In this document: one piece after another, positions 62,763 through 64,000 of the stretch
Layout: the number at the start of each line of letters is the position of its first letter
How positions within the stretch are numbered: position 1 is the stretch's first letter
Source: Anolis carolinensis
Taxonomy: Eukaryota
Assembly (NCBI RefSeq): GCF_035594765.1
Contig: NC_085841.1
Coordinates: 300,957,402 to 301,021,401 of the forward strand
Direction: 5' to 3'
DNA length: 64,000 nucleotides
Position numbers and translations under genes: made by a program
The notes under the pieces: model-generated
Told to the model about the DNA's origin: nothing
The model's database searches: none
The model's input: only the letters and a program-made list of their open reading frames with translations

Positions 62763-63514
62763 GACACAGCAAAGAAGATAGACATGCTGGATTTCGTATC
62801 ACAAAATCACAAGTCGAACACTTCCCAAGTGTCTAGGACTGTGTGATGTATTTTCGGATGATGCGTGCAGATCCCAGTAGGGTGGCCTTTTGCAGTTGGC
62901 AGATCGTGATTTTGTCAATGTCTATTGTTTCCAAATGCTGGCTGAGATCTTTTGGCACGGCACCCAGTGTGCCCATCACCACCGGGACCACCTGCACTGG
63001 TTTCTGCCAGACTCTTTGAAGTTCAATCTTGAGGTCCTGATAGCGGCTGAGTTTTTCCTGTTGTTTTTCGTCAATGCAACTGTCACCTGGGATGGCAACA
63101 TCAATGATCCAAACCTTTTTCTTTTCCACAACTGTGATGTCTGGTGTGTTGTGTTCCAGAACTTTGTCAATCTGGATTCGGAAGTCCCACAGTATCTTTG
63201 CATGCTCATTCTCCAATACTTTTGCAGGTTTGTGATCCCACCAGTTCTTTGCTGCTGGGAGGTGGTATTTGAGGTATAAGTTCCAATGAATCATTTGGGC
63301 CACATAGTTGTGCCTCTGTTTGTAGTCTGTCTGTGTGATTTTCTTACAGCAGCTGAGGATATGATCAATGGTTTTGTCGGTTTCCTTGCACAGTCTGCAT
63401 TTTGGGTCATCAGCTGATTTTTCGATCTTGGCCTTAATTGCATTTGTTCTGATGGCTTGCTCCTGGGCTGCAAGGATCAGGCCTTCTGTCTCCTTCTTCA
63501 GGGTCCCATTTGTG
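62755..63514 (-). mobile_element. R4/Dong (Rex6-like) non-LTR retrotransposon, 5'-truncated
   Basis: Open frame 63513-62833: ETEGLILAAQEQAIRT, CCHC knuckle CRLC-x8-H-x4-C, RH, then PD...D...K restriction-like endonuclease (NTPDI..WIIDVAIP..EKLSRYQDL); (TAA)n tail. Confidence 0.92.
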
Positions 63515-64000
63515 TTAGAAATGGTCAGAACATTTATATATAGATAGATATATATGATGACCTAATTGCTTCATTAGAAAACAGAACTATGTGAAATATA
63601 CATGTGTAAAACTGACATTTCCTGGGGAACTGGGAGGACCTTACACCCTACTTCACCATCTGGGGAGATAAAACCCTATTTTGCTCCTCAACTGATGGAG
63701 AAAACTGCTTTGTATGGGTCACAAATATGGTCCTGGGAACACACCCTCCACTCTTAGTTTCTGCTATATTGCTGTTGTTGTGTGCCTTCTAAACATTCTG
63801 ACTTATGACAACCCTATCCATGGTTTTCTTGGCAATACATATTCAGAAGAAGTTTTTCTTTCTTTTAGGTTGAAAAAGTATGATGTGTCAAACGTCACTC
63901 AGCATATTTCCATGGTCAAGCAAGAATTCAAACCTTAGATTTCAGAGTCATAGTCCAATCCTCATCATACTGAAGGGACCATAAGCCAGAAAGTAGTAAA

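Noticed and set aside
62643-62846. Poly-Leu ORF resembling a signal or transmembrane peptide
   Set aside because: Translation of the (TTA)n microsatellite.
1-64000. Most 60-180 aa ORFs in the supplied track as host genes
   Set aside because: No recognisable domains, many non-ATG starts, Leu/Phe/Ser/Cys-rich random composition, and many overlap SINEs or MITEs; expected by chance.

Overview
Vertebrate non-coding DNA, AT-rich and CpG-depleted. The repeat content (Sauria-type SINEs, RTE, L2, CR1, R4/Dong and Penelope retroelements, Helitrons, and hAT, Tc1-mariner and Harbinger-like MITEs) points to a squamate, most likely an Anolis-like lizard; this is an inference. I recognise no host protein-coding exon, so the window looks like a gene desert or a large intron, with several repeat-free stretches that resemble conserved enhancers. 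All recognisable coding sequence is transposon-derived. The most striking signal is three divergent minus-strand solo LTRs (11-928, 32895-33644, 34588-35503), each bounded by TG..CA with a 5-bp TSD. Each carries a ~100-codon frame starting at LTR base 2: an acidic, low-complexity tract followed by an ungapped basic motif [FL][DN]R[RK]x6Rx3QxLRRSxRL. The motif is conserved at protein level through synonymous codon changes and resembles an HMGN-type nucleosome arginine anchor (hypothesis). Also notable: an RTE LINE with a ~150-bp flanking direct repeat, a Helitron nested in a related Helitron that carries captured MITEs, and an open-frame R4/Dong endonuclease fragment sitting in a (TAA)n tract. 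Family names come from recall of sequence hallmarks, not database searches. Boundaries without a stated TSD are approximate.
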